A model generated the notes under the pieces. It did no database searches and had not been told where the DNA came from. It saw only the letters and a list, made by a program, of their open reading frames with translations. The position numbers were made by a program, and so were the translations under genes. A stretch of DNA of 64,000 nt from the human T2T-CHM13v2.0 reference genome, Homo sapiens: NCBI RefSeq assembly GCF_009914755.1, contig NC_060947.1; one strand, 5' to 3'. Shown piece by piece: positions 45,141 to 58,262 of the stretch; the stretch's first letter is position 1; each line of letters opens with the position of its first letter.

Positions 45141-45972
45141 AGGAATGAGAATGCTAATTATGTCATGCAGTCGTTCAGGAGGCTTATTCTGAATGATATT
45201 CACCCATTGAAAATATCCTCTCCCTACTCTAAAATGTTATATCACATTGTAGAGACCTCTATTCTCTTACTTACTATGTCTATTTATAGTAATGAAACAT
45301 TTTATTTGTACATTGTTTTAGCCTTCTTACATGCTATGTACTCCTTAGTAGTGTGGCTGGAAGTAGGCAGGTATGAGGAAAATAGAGGAAGAAAAAAAAA
45401 GACTAACATTTACTGATCATTTACTATGTAACAGGTGTTACACAGGGCCATTTTTCAGACATTGCATTTTATTTTCACAGCCTGATTTTACAAATAACAA
45501 AATGGAGGCTCAGAGCACTCAAGTGACTTCCCCAAGATCATACATTTTAGGGAGAGACAGAGCTAAGATTCAAACCAAGTTTGTCCATGCCCAGGGCCCA
45601 CCATCAGGAAGCCAAATGAGAAAGTATAGAAGAGTTGGGAGGAACAGCTGATGCCATGTATAGAGCTGCTCCAGGCAGGCAACAGAGAGGAAAGCATGTT
45701 AATTGCACAGGGAGAGGAGAGGAAGCTTCACCCAGGCAAGCAGAAAGATTCTTGGGCAAAGGGAGTGGGGAAATAGGTGTTGGGAGGACTCTCAGGGAGA
45801 CGCCACATGAATGAGGTACCAGGAAGCTGAATAAAATATATTTTTGACCTAGGGCCAAAGAGTGAATACTCAAAGACCAGGTGAGTCTGGAGCTAAAGAA
45901 TCAGTCTGCAGATGCAAGTAAGCTGGTGGTGGTGGGAGGTTGGGGGGTGAGCTTCAGAGCAAGCATCCCTTA

Positions 45973-46150
45973 CAGCAGTGGTCCTCAAACCAGCAGTGGT
46001 CCTCAAACCAGCAGCAGCAGCATCCCCTGGGAACTTGCCAGAAATGCAAGTTCCTGGGCCTCACCCAAGACTTACTGAAGCAAAAACTCAATGCCTTAAC
46101 AAATCCTATAAGGGATTCTGGTACATGTTCAAGTTTGAGGCCTACAGCCT
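45973..46150. mobile_element. MER5-like hAT-Charlie DNA transposon with an 18-bp internal duplication
   Basis: cagcagtggtcctcaaac occurs twice, then cagcatcccctgggaacttgccagaaatgcaag...aagtttgagg. Confidence 0.7.
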
Positions 46151-46529
46151 TGGAGGACTAGGGAAAGCAGCAAGTGGAGTTCAAGAGCCAGAGTACAAGA
46201 ACCAAACAGTGTACCCAGAGCAAGCCTAGGGCTGTCACACATCACAGCAATGCAGAGCAACCTTTCCAAAGCATAACAGAGTCTGCTGGTCAGAAGTGGT
46301 GGTGGGGAGTGGCTTCAGAGATGTGGTTTCTGGGGGACAACCCCCTCTTCCCTGCACCCCTCCACCTTTCCCCAGAGGTCTTCTTTTTAAGAAACTGCTA
46401 AGGGCAAGCTCATCAGAGGATCCTGAGGTAAAGGGGTTAGACTGTCTGTGCCAAGGCACTGCCCATGGCTTTTAATTTTCTCCTGGTACCTGATACTGTC
46501 ACAAAATTTAACTGTGGAAAATATAGGAA

Positions 46530-46770
46530 GGAAAACAACATTTACTGGGGGTCTGAACATGCTGAGCACTGTGCTAAGGGTTCACACAAATGCCAGCTGA
46601 TTTAATCCTCACAATATTTCAGTCATGGAAGTGTTATTATTCCTGTTCTGCAGATGAGGGACCAGAGGCTCGAAAAAGTTAAGTGATTTGCCCGAGGTCA
46701 CATAGCTCAGAAAAAGGCAGCCAAGATACAATCCTTAGTCTTTCTGACTCCAAATGCCATGCTTCTCACC
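46530..46770. mobile_element. MIR
   Basis: MIR core: cagatgaggggaccagaggctc...gttaagtgatttgcccgaggtcaca. Confidence 0.7.
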
Positions 46771-47689
46771 CTAGACCATGTTGACTCTAATGTGAAGGTC
46801 CCTGGGGTCCTCTCCTCTTTGTAGCCACCCCAGGGCCATGTGTTATTGATGGCCCATAGATGAGTAACCTGGAAATATTGGTTGAATGAATAAACGAAAA
46901 GATGTTCTAGTGACAGAGTTTAACACATGAAGGACCCTTAAGGATATTCTGGTCTTACGGTTTTCCAATCTGTTTTTAGTGTCCTAGACATTTCTTACTG
47001 GTGCTCCAGACACAATCACATTGTCTAGGAAACCAGTCATACCCAGTGGACAGGTTCCTCTGTCTCTTCACCCTTGCCCATTTCTATCTCCTTCCCTGCC
47101 TTACCTAGAACAAATCACTTTCATCTTCCATAAGTAGTGGGTGTTTACTAAGATTCTGTTTGGGGAAAGGGTTCTGCTGCCAAAATTAATTTTGAGAAAC
47201 CCAAATCTAGACCACCTTTTTCATGTTATAGGTGAAGAAACTGAGTGATAGAAAGGCAAAAAGACTTGTCCAGGGTCACTGTGTGCTCTTTAGTAGCATA
47301 ACTAGAATGTGAAGCCAGGATTCTTGAAACATTCTTCTTTTTTGACACAAGTTAATACAGTTTGTGTCCTAACGAGGAAATAATTATTTAGATTTCAACA
47401 ATTATTTAGAATTGAAAAATTAAAAATTATAACTCTAATTTTTGCCTTTACTATGTTCCAGTTATTGTGCTAAATAGTTAATACGTATAGCCTTATTTAA
47501 GTTCTTATAACAGTCTTATAAAATAGGTAATATTATTATCTCCATTTGAAAACTGAGGTTTAGGGGGATTAAATTACTTTAATCATAGAATCAGGAAATG
47601 GCAGAGTTGGGATTTCAGTTCAGAATATCTGATTTCAGTTTTCATGCTCTTAACAGTGATGCCATATTGCAAATGTCTATATTGAAAAA

Positions 47690-47865
47690 AAAGTCTATTT
47701 AGCCTGCTGCTTGTTTTGTAAATTAATTTTTATTGGCACAATGATATACCTTGAGAGCTACAAAGACAAATTTGTGTAGTTATGGCAAACAGAAACTGTA
47801 TGCTCTGGAAATAAATGATTTAGTAGCTAGCCCTTTATAGAAAAAATCTGCCAACCTCTGGTCTG
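47690..47865. mobile_element. MER58-like DNA transposon fragment
   Basis: ttttgtaaattaatttttattggcaca...ccctttatagaaaaaatctgccaacctctg. Confidence 0.55.
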
Positions 47866-48059
47866 TAGACACCAACTTTAAAATGTTTTTCAAGTGACCT
47901 CCAGGAGAAGGAACCAGAAATGTACCCCGGATTTGCAGAAAAGGTGGGTGCTGTTTGTACTCTCAGTGAAATTGGTGAATGAATAATACAAACCTGGAAA
48001 CCTGGCCTACCTGGCCTCCTGCAGTCTTCACTGTGTTGATTCAAGTCTATTATGACCTG

Positions 48060-48230
48060 TTCTTGTTGTCTTTCATGAGTCAGAGCAGAGGCCTTATCCC
48101 TTCCCCTCCCTGTCATAAATGCCTTAGAGCTTGGACTTGGATCTCAGCTTAATCAGTTTTGTCTCCACTTCCCCTTTCTTGCTTCAAGGTTCACATGTGT
48201 GCGAGGCAGATAATTCTAGGGGCTGCCATG
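48060..48230 (+). promoter_or_regulatory. Putative promoter of the distal HEPH first exon
   Basis: AP-1 TGAGTCA 48076-48082, GATA (TTATC) 48094-48098, CDX-type or TATA-like GTCATAAA 48112-48119 and AGATAA 48208-48213, all in non-repetitive DNA just upstream of the exon. Confidence 0.45.
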
Positions 48231-48390
48231 GCTTGGCTAAGCTTCCCTTGACCACTGAGCATTTCTAAGGGAGTTGAGGCTGGTGGCTCCTCCTTCCTTC
48301 CTACTGGTGCTTCCACCTGCCTTGGTCTGAGTTGCAGTCCATGGGGCAGCGCCTAAGTGTCTGAGCACACTTAAGAATCTCTAGTGGTTT

Positions 48391-48539
48391 ATGACCCAGA
48401 CTTTGCCCTACCACCTCAGTCTTCTGAATGTTCTCTTCCCTGGACCCTGCTCCAGACACTTTAAATTCAGAAGAGGAAAATGTGCCCAGCCTGCCTGGAG
48501 AAAAGCGTCTGCTCCTAGCCAAGATCTCCTCATCACAAA
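48391..48539 (+). CDS. HEPH: Coding part of HEPH distal alternative first exon (N-terminally extended isoform)
   Basis: ATG at 48391 reads MTQTLPYHLSLLNVLFPGPCSRHFKFRRGKCAQPAWRKASAPSQDLLIT with no stop up to donor AA|gtaaga. Splicing to 56221 gives AAA GTA ATG TGG GCC ATG (K-V-M-W-A-M), in frame with MESGH, a 54-aa extension. Confidence 0.8.
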
Positions 48540-49339
48540 GTAAGAATATCAGGTGGTGGAACCCCCATCATACCTGTCCCCTTCCTATACCTGGGTCTGT
48601 TGGGTAGATGCAGTCCTTTTTAGAGAGGCATAGTATTCTCAGACCTGTCGCCACAAATTGCTCCCCACTCATTCTTTCCCTATACTTTGTGTCTTTGAAA
48701 CCTCTTTATCTTCTATGTTTAATATCTAGACTATACTTTCTTCATGGAATTCTAGATGTGTAAATTTACAGGGCTGGGAGGGTCCATATCTAGTTTAAGA
48801 CCCTCATTGTAGAAATAGAAAGAGGCCCAGAGAAGAGAAGGGAGTGGGCCAAATCCACAAAATCCACATAGCTGATTACTCCTAGAGCAAGTGGGGCGAG
48901 AACCTTGGTCACTTGACTCAGGACAGTGACTTTTCACTCTTCTCTCTTTCCACCAGGAATGGGAATGACCTTTGACTTTAAACAAATCCAGACTCCAGTT
49001 TTACCCTGAATTGTTGGGGGAACATTTTGTTTTTTTTTTCTTTTTAGTATTTTCAATTCTTCCATGTCTTAGTTTTTAGGGTGTTGACCTGTGTTAATCC
49101 AGGCTATCTTCTAGCTATATCTGGTTTCCTCAGGTGGAAAATGTTAAATATAGTTAATATAAAATTTCACTCTAGAATCTGCTAGAAATGACGGAGGCAA
49201 AGTTAATGTATATATAAAAAAATCCACCAGTGACTGGTGGCCAGTAGGCTTTCAATAATTGTGAAGTCCCTTCTACCCCCTTGAAAGTACTGTGTTTCTC
49301 CCCTAAGCAGCACATTGTGTGTGGTGGTTTCATGGTTAA

Positions 49340-49540
49340 AAGTTTAGACAGACCCAGCAAATCTCTCTTCTCTTTTACTTCCTAAGTGTGTGACCTTGGA
49401 CAAGTTACCTTCCCTCTCAGAGCTGAATTTTCCTCAGTTGTAAAATAGAGAGAATTAGAGTATTCATCTCACAGGATAATTGTGAGACTTAAATAAGAGA
49501 ATGCATGTAAAATGGTTAACATAGGGCTTAGAATGTAGAA
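49340..49540. mobile_element. MIR
   Basis: tgtgtgaccttggacaagttaccttccctctcagagctgaattttcctcagttgtaaaat. Confidence 0.7.
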
Positions 49541-49929
49541 AAAAAGTCCTTTGTTTTATTGCCAATTTTATTTTTACTTATGACTAAGCAGCCATGACCT
49601 CAGAATAATAGTCAGGGCTGACAATTGTGCTTCAGAGCAAGAAGGGGAAGAGGTGGTGAGATGGAGGCTCTTTCAATTTCTACCTCATTTCTTAAATGGA
49701 GCTGTTGAAATCTACCCATGAGCTTTGGCTGGCCACACTGACAGTGTTCTCCTCTCAGCAAAGACCAATTAGCAAGTCCTGATAACAGAAGTACAACCCA
49801 CCCCCTTGTAATTCCTCCTGAGATCCTAACCAGGATTTGTAAAACACCCGGATATGGGTAAAGAACCATCCCGGGTTTTGTATCAAACCAGGCCCCAGAG
49901 GAACAGGACATTCCAGTAGTTTTGTTTCT

Positions 49930-50133
49930 GGAAAAGAGGGCACCCAGCCCTTCCCCCTCCCTCATCCTCCCATCCCAGTAAACCCTGCCAAATTGGAATC
50001 CTGGACTTAATTTAGGAGAAAGGCCCTGTAACCAAGATACTGACTGAACATGGCTGGCGGACTCAGGCTGGGGTCTGCAGTGCAGCATTAATGGGCCGCT
50101 GACATGAATATGGAGTAGTTTTCTCTAGCAAAG
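49930..50133 (+). other. HEPH: HEPH proximal alternative non-coding first exon (5' boundary approximate)
   Basis: Unique, more GC-rich sequence ending in a strong donor AAG|gtaagc at 50133/50134. Matches my recollection of the HEPH 5' UTR. The TSS cannot be determined from sequence. Confidence 0.65.
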
Positions 50134-51839
50134 GTAAGCTTTCTTTTCTCTCTTTTCAAACTCTACCTCACCTGCCTTCCTGTGCAAAAACGTTTATTTA
50201 GCTGGGTTTAAGGGAGTCCTGGCCACTAGGAGAAAAAGTCAGTGGCCAAAAAGTTGGAGGAGGTTTGGCTGATGTGCAGGAAAGTTAAAGGAGACAATAG
50301 GCTCCTTTTGTTCCTCTCGCCAAAATAGCCAGGACTACACTGGCTTGTCTGTTTCAGGGCCAATCCTGGAGCCATACAGAATAGTTCATTTTCCTGTCGA
50401 AATAGCTTGCTCATCTTCTGTTTCACAGGTTGAGGAATTTATTGAGGTGATGGATCTGAGGATTATGTAAGTGGGAACTCAGTTACTTAAAAATAACCAT
50501 GTTTGGTTTCATATTTTGAGACCAGATTGGCACAGAGTAAGCCAATAAATGATAGCTTAACTAAGCTAAACATCTGAATTTGAGTAGTCTTAGTTTCTAC
50601 ATAGCAAAAATCTTTTAGAAATCATTGGTTCAAATTCTGGCTATTTTTAACAACTGGCTGCGTGACTTTGAGCAAATCCTTGCACCTCTCTGGTATCAGT
50701 TTTTTATACATCAAATGAGGGTGATTGAAAAAGATGGTTTCTAAAGGTTTCATGCATGTGTGAATCTATAACACGTTCAGTTTTTCATTACTCAGCATCT
50801 ATTATATGACAAGCAATCCTTTTGCTAGGGACTCAAATATCCATGGTTTTATTTGGGCCTCAAGACAATCCTGTGAAAAAAATATCATCCCATTTTTTGG
50901 ATGAGATGACTAAGGCTAAAATAATTTATTGAAAGGTCACATAGCTATCACAGACAAGAGATAGGATTTGAATCAAGGTCTTTAACTTCAAATCGGTATG
51001 TTTTCTATCACAGAGTTAAGAAAGCAGAGGACCAAAAGGTGAATTTTGATGGAGGGTTTATTAGGAAGGCTGCTGAGAGATTGAAGACAGGGCCCCAAAG
51101 ATGGCTCAGCATTCCTTTATTCAGTTGAGTAATCCTTTGTTTAGGATGAGCCTGTCTAGCCCAAAGTAGTATAACTGAGAAAGGGAGATGGAGGGAGAGA
51201 AAAGAGCATTGTCGCAATAAAGGAACAGTTTGCAAATTCTAGGGAACACAGCAATGCAAATTGTTATGAATAATAGGGACCAGACCCAGGTGACACTGGG
51301 ATGGCAGGAAGGTAAGGTAAAGGTAAGGGAGGCTTAACTTTATATTGGCTGATCTTCTCTCCAGGTTGGCACAAGGTTTCAGTATATCTTAACTAAACTA
51401 TCCAAATAGCCTAGAATTTTTCTTTCTTTTTTCCTTCCTTTGAGTGCCTATTCCTTCTGCCTTCCTTTTTATTTTGTATTTTTTACTTTTTTCCAGGATT
51501 CTTTCTCAACTTACTTATTTCATTTCTCCTTTTATTTCTTCCTGTTCTTTTTCCTCATCAGTCTGGTTCTTCTCTATGGGCTTAGCTGAGAAAAAAAATA
51601 TCCTTGCCCAAGTGAAAAGCTTACACAGGGCTTTCACATCTTTCATATTATTTGACCTTTATTACAAACTAATGAGGGGCCCAAAGTAGAGACAATCCTC
51701 ATTTAAGACATGAGGAAACTGAGGCTCAGGAAGTTAGGGACTTGTTCAAGGTTATATAACCAATAAATGATGAATCCAGAGCTAGAACTTACTATTTTCT
51801 GGTGCCTGAACGCTTTCCACTGTACCATGAAATATCTAA

Positions 51840-52164
<325 letters not shown>

Positions 52165-55100
52165 TAAGTGGTTATAAAGGATTTTATGGGTTTTTCATTT
52201 TTTCTGCTCTTTTAGTATATGATAAAACCAAATTAAACAGCAGCAATAACAATGACAAATTCAAATTTGAGGAGGATAGAAAGGATGTCAATAATTAGAA
52301 GGAAGAAAAATACTTATCAGGTGCCTACTAAGTCCCAGCTGCTGCAAAAATTTATCTTATTTAGATATAGAGTAAAACAGTACTTAAACCTAAGTTTGTC
52401 TGACTCAAAAGTTCTAGTTCTTTACATTATACCATGTTGTTTCCAAGAAGAGAGTTCAGCTTGGGCTGTGTGCATTTTCATACCTATGTTTATATTCCTG
52501 TATGCTTAGAATGTGTTACCATATATGGGAATTTATGAGTGTGCACATATTTATTGCTATTCATAAAATGGAAAATCTTTATGGCCCTGGCAAGTTTCAT
52601 TTCCAAACTATTTCCTTACTTGCAATAGTAATAGCCACTAATACCTTTTGATCACTTACATGTGCCCTTAAAGTACTTACAGATCTTAATTAAGTTAATC
52701 CCCACAAAACTCTATGAGGTAGCTAATAGTATTAATACCATTTGAAAAATAAAGACACTGTGGCTAAATAAATGAAGAAGTTTCCCAAGTCATACAGCTA
52801 GGAAAAATGGAGCCAAGATTCACTTAGGTAGCCTGATACCAAAGCCTGTGCCCTGGATGCAAAATCGAGTAAGTATTCCTTATCTCTCAAGATCTTGAGA
52901 ATTATATAAGATGGCAGATATGAAAAACACATTGTAATCTGGAAACTGCTAGGGGTATGTTAGGTGGCATTTCCCACCACTCCCCAGATTCTATTGTTTA
53001 AGCCATTTGGATCATAAGTCACCACTGTTGAATGCTTGTTCACTGTATGCTGATGGCCTGTACTAGTCTCTCCCAGGAATATTTTCAGTTTTATCATGTG
53101 TTTCTCCAGTTGTGGAGCTCTTGCCTGGGACAGTTTTCTGTCTAGGTAAATGAGTTCAAGGCACAACTGCTTTGTTGACACCTCTCTGAGAAAGAAGATT
53201 GAAAGGGGTCCATGTTGCATTCAGACTTGGAATGAACCGAGGACACTCCCTCCCTGTTGAGGATTCCAAGGCATGACTATTTGTGTGACCATATATAGAG
53301 CTATGTGTAGGTGTATGTGAGTACGCCTGTGTTTCATCAGTGAATGTAAGTATTGGCAGCATGTGAAAGCTGGAAGGACTCTTTGAGAGCTCATTACATA
53401 CCACATTTTTATGGTTCTGCACTTAGATTATCACACTTCTGTGACTCCCTCAAAAGGTAAGAACTATATAGTCCAGCTTTATATAGTCAATTATTTTATA
53501 GATGGGAAAAATGAGGTGAAGAAACTTGCCTAAGTTCACCCTGAACAAGTATTAGAACTTGAACCAGACCCAACTGATGGAAAAATGTATACTTGTGCTT
53601 CTTTATGTCACTTTAACAATAGCTGTTATTGCCCATCTACTTGGCCTCCATCGCCATGTCGTAATAGATACACAGCGACCTCTAAAAAATGACATTCTCT
53701 CTCAAGGAGTGTGTAGTCCAATCTGGGAAATGAAGACAGTTCATGAGGCAGGTCATGAGATGGAAAGGTAACAATAATACAGAGTCTGACTTAATCTAAT
53801 TGGGTGCTATAGACAGTAAGTAGCCCTGCAGAGGACAGTGATATGAAGAGGCTAAAGGTGGCCTTCTGGAGCAGTTAGTATTCAAATTAACCCTTGGAGT
53901 AGGAATATAGAAAGTATGATGGATGTGAGACTGTAGAGATGAATTAACAAACTGCAGCCAGGAGGGAAAAGGAAGAGGAAGGCAACCAGTAGTTACTACT
54001 GCCTACTATGTTCCAAACATGGATTATACTTGTCCGTTTCATGTAAGCTTTCTGATTTATTTCTCCAGGGCTGATATTATTATACCCATTTTACAGATGA
54101 GAAAACTGGTTCTGAGTGGTTAAGTAATCCCCAAGGCTACACAGCTGGTCAGTGGGAGAGCCAGGTTTTGGAAAAAAGGACCCCAAAACAGATCCTCTCT
54201 TACATCAAGAGCTTTCTGCCAAATATAATATGGAATCTAGGGATTAACACTTGGGTCACTGCTGCGTATGGAGAGGACTGAGAGTTTGTGAAGTAGTCTA
54301 TAAGTTTATTTCTTAAAAAGGGTAAATATCTGGGGATTTTCTATCCATATGTGAATCTGTGCATATATTTGATTCTCAATTTTTTATTAACAATGCCTAT
54401 TTCATATGCTTGGGTTGAAGATTTAGCGAAATAATTTATATAAAGCACTGGACATGGTGCTACTATGTAATGATCTGTCAGTGAATAGTAGCCATTATCA
54501 TCATTATCATTAATATAATCTATTAGTTATATCTCTGCCTACATGAGTATGTATGTCTGTTTGTAAAGTGATTATAACTGCATGTAATTGCTTGTTTCAG
54601 AATGTATGTGTTTTTTCATAGATATGGCTGTTGCTATAGGCATATGTATGTTCTCTGTGTATATACATGTGAGTGTGCAAGTATATTTTTGTGGAAGGTA
54701 GTACAGCATGGTGATTATGCTGGAGCCACACTTCCTGGGCTCAAATCCCAACTCTACCGATTTTTATCTAGATGGCCTTGGGCAAACTGCTTTACACCTC
54801 TCTTCTGAAGTTTCTCCATTGTAATATGGGGATAATAATGGTGTCTACTTCATAGGGTGGTTGTGAGGAATAAATGATTTAATCTGTGTAAAACATTTGG
54901 AACAGATGTACCATGCACATACGATAAATATAGCTTTATTATTATTATTCTGAAGTTGACTAAGATTTTATATAACAGAGTGATTTTATGTGTAAATGGA
55001 AGTGTGTGCATCTCTGCTTTTAGGTAAGACTACATGTACCTGTGTGTGCAAGTTTATGTATTTATGTGATGTTGTCTGTGTTTCTGTGTTTGACTGTAAC

Positions 55101-55304
55101 TGTGTATGGTATCACTGAGTGCTTCGTCCTAGTCCCAGGAAGTCTAACGTCCTGTCTTATGCATTGAAGTGAGAGGTTAGAATCTTGGGTCTGATTCTGA
55201 CTCAGGATTAGACCTATGAAATGAATTTATGAATAGCCTTGGGAATCAGCAGACAACATTTCTTCTGAGAAGTTCAAAATACTTCCCTCACATACTGTCA
55301 TTTA

Positions 55305-55760
55305 TTTTTGGTTCATTGTTAACTTTTGAAGTATAATACACATAAAGTGCACAAATCGTGTTTATAGCTCAATGTATTTTCACAAACTGAACACGCTTTT
55401 ACAACCAGCATGTAGATCACAAAACAGAGCATTACTTAGAAGCCCTCCTCTTCCCTTCCCAGTCACAGAATCCTACTTCAAGGCAAACATTATCCTTACT
55501 TCTACCAGCATAGATTACATTGGCCTGATTTTGTACTGTATTTAAATGAAATCATACAATATGTACTCTTTTGTGTCTATTTTTTTAAACATTACATTTG
55601 TCATAATCATTCATATTGTTGTGTGTAGTTGTAGTTTGTTCATTATTATTGCTATAAAGAATTTCATTTTATGAATAAAATGCAATGTATTCATTCATTA
55701 TAGTGTTCACGAACATTTTGACTGTTTCTATTTTGGGTTTATGAATATTCTAGTAAATAT
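55305..55760 (-). mobile_element. Ancient L1M 3' end
   Basis: tttgaagtataata...aaagtgcacaaatc...aaatgaaatcatacaatatgtactcttttgtgtct. Confidence 0.65.
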
Positions 55761-56233
55761 TTTTTAGTAAATTCTCACTTGTTGTTAAGTACAATTTATA
55801 GAGGATAGGAAGTGGCAACAACAATGAGTGTTCCCCTTTTGCCTATGGGAAAAGAGAGGCAAAGGGAGAATTAGTGTTAGTGGCCCAATAAGGCTTCTGG
55901 TGCCTGTTTCCTGATTCTTGGGACAGAGCACATTCTTCCTGCTACACCATTGAAAAAACTGGATCCAGATCTCTCTTCTGAAGGAACTAGTAATACATGA
56001 TTAGCAGCACGGGTGACTTTTTAACTATGCCCTTCAAAATCCAATCATTGAAAACTTATTGAATTAAAAGGAATCAGGTAAGTTAAAGAAACTGGGCTAA
56101 ATGGGTTTTGCTTTCTCAGTCACTCAACCTGGCTCTTGCCTCTTCAGTTTTCTGGACACGTAGAAAGCCCCTTTGTTCTCTTTCTTCTACACCAGCAGTT
56201 TTTATTTGCCTGTTTCCCAGAGTAATGTGGGCC

Positions 56234-56400
56234 ATGGAGTCAGGCCACCTCCTCTGGGCTCTGCTGTTCATGCAGTCCTTGTGGCCTCAACTGACTGATG
56301 GAGCCACTCGAGTCTACTACCTGGGCATCCGGGATGTGCAGTGGAACTATGCTCCCAAGGGAAGAAATGTCATCACGAACCAGCCTCTGGACAGTGACAT
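56234..56400 (+). CDS. HEPH: Hephaestin coding exon with the main start codon and signal peptide (exon 56221-56400)
   Basis: Acceptor tttcccag ends at 56220. GCCATGG is an optimal Kozak at 56234. Translates MESGHLLWALLFMQSLWPQLTDGATRVYYLGIRDVQWNYAPKGRNVITNQPLDSD, which I recognise as the hephaestin N-terminus. Donor AT|gtaggt at 56400/56401 (phase 2). Confidence 0.97.
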
Positions 56401-58017
56401 GTAGGTTTAATTTCTTGTGGTATTTGAGGGGAAGTTATGGGAGCACTCTTGAGGTCAGGAAGTAGCCTCTTGAGGCCCCTTTCCCAGGGTGTGGTAGCAG
56501 CCAGCTCCTGATTGCTCCGAGCTGTACATACTCAGTGGCAGATTTCCTGGGAAGAAGGCTAGTTGAGTCAGAAGCCAGCATTTCATCTGGAGTTTGCCGT
56601 AACATTTTTAGAGTCCTAAAGAGAATTCCATATTTGCTGTTTTCTAATCTCATACCCACAATGCTTACTTATTTAATAACAACTGTTTGACTTTAAAAAA
56701 GAATAATGAAATATATACAGTGTTTGTAAGATGTATGGGTGGGAGCTATGCTTCTATAGTTTGGTGAAGCTACTGTATATTTATTTCAGATATGTGAAAA
56801 TGTGAAAAAAGAAAGTAAGCCTTAGAATCAAGGAATTAATGGTAATAATTCTCACTTATGTAATACTCTGTGACACAGACCATACTAGAAATTTACATAC
56901 TTTGTCTCAACTCTCACAAAAACTCTAGAAGGTAAGTATGTGTGTAGTTATTTTATAGATGAGAAAACTGAGGCTCAGAGAGGTCAAGTGACTTATCCAA
57001 GTCCTATAACTAGTAAATGAAAAAGATAGGATTTGAACCTCGATAATGAGAATGTAAACTAATACTCTTCTCACCACTCTGTCCCTCATAGATCCCACAG
57101 GATTAACCTTTCCTGATCTTAGAAAATAGCAAGTGCTCCACAAATATCTGTTAAAGAATAAATGAATGTACGAAAAACTATTTTGTGACCATGACTCATT
57201 TTTTTCTCTCCAAAGCTTTGGAGTTTTCCAAAGTTGATTGTAATATCTCTGAGTTCTCTGAGAAGAATTAGAGTATAGTAGGAATAACAACTCTGTCTTT
57301 TTTGACACAAAATATTCATCTAGTTTCAGAGTCAGAGTCCTTGTATTAATTTTTTTGAGGGAATAAATTCATTATCCTTCATCCCTAATACTTTGTAGTA
57401 ATATTCCACATTTATTGAACTTTTACTATTTGCCACTGTCCTAAGCTCTTCGTGTATTTGAATTTTTTTTTTTTAGTCACCAGTAAAAGCTGTCTGAGTT
57501 AGGAACTATGATTATTTCCATTCCATTTTACAGATGGGCAAATTGTGTTCAGAGAAGTTAAGTAACTTGTTCAACATCCCACTAATTTGGAAGTGGCAGA
57601 GTCAGCAATCAATCCAAGTGGCTTGGCTCCAAAGCTTGGAGTTATAAGCACTATGCCCTAAGGCCTCCCATATGTATCAGAATGATGCTAAGTCAGGCTA
57701 CATTGACGAGGAGTCGATCACTTAAGGAGTCAGTCCACAGTTGGTTGTCTCTTTGTTACTGCATATTGTGTCAAGCTATGTGAAATTGCCTTTTATGTGG
57801 GTTTAAAGTGGTCAAATATGAGCAATTTCATATGCTGATATTTGAAATTTTTAATAGTTAAATCTAAAACTTTCATGTTTTGATCAGTACAATGCCATTT
57901 CCTCTTGTTTTGTCCTAAACAAAGATAGTCACTTTTTGGTCAGTATCCTCTGGAAAAGGAACCTCTCAAGGCTTGAAGATGGGGGGCAAAATTATGACTC
58001 TTTTTCTTCTTTCCCAG

Positions 58018-58262
58018 AGTGGCTTCCAGCTTCTTAAAGTCTGACAAGAACCGGATAGGGGGAACCTACAAGAAGACCATCTATAAAGAATACAAGGATG
58101 ACTCATACACAGATGAAGTGGCCCAGCCTGCCTGGTTGGGCTTCCTGGGGCCAGTGTTGCAGGCTGAAGTGGGGGATGTCATTCTTATTCACCTGAAGAA
58201 TTTTGCCACTCGTCCCTATACCATCCACCCTCATGGTGTCTTCTACGAGAAGGACTCTGAAG
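58018..58262 (+). CDS. HEPH: Hephaestin coding exon, cupredoxin domain 1 with HPH copper-ligand motif
   Basis: Acceptor ttcccag|A completes ATA (Ile) with the previous exon. Translates VASSFLKSDKNRIGGTYKKTIYKEY...GFLGPVLQAEVGD...YTIHPHGVFYEKDSE. Donor G|gtaaac. 245 nt, phase-compatible. Confidence 0.97.

Noticed and set aside
50073-50088. CAGTGC in the 5' UTR as an iron-responsive element
   Set aside because: The flanks GTCTG and AGCAT do not form the 5-bp upper stem, and there is no bulged C at the expected position.
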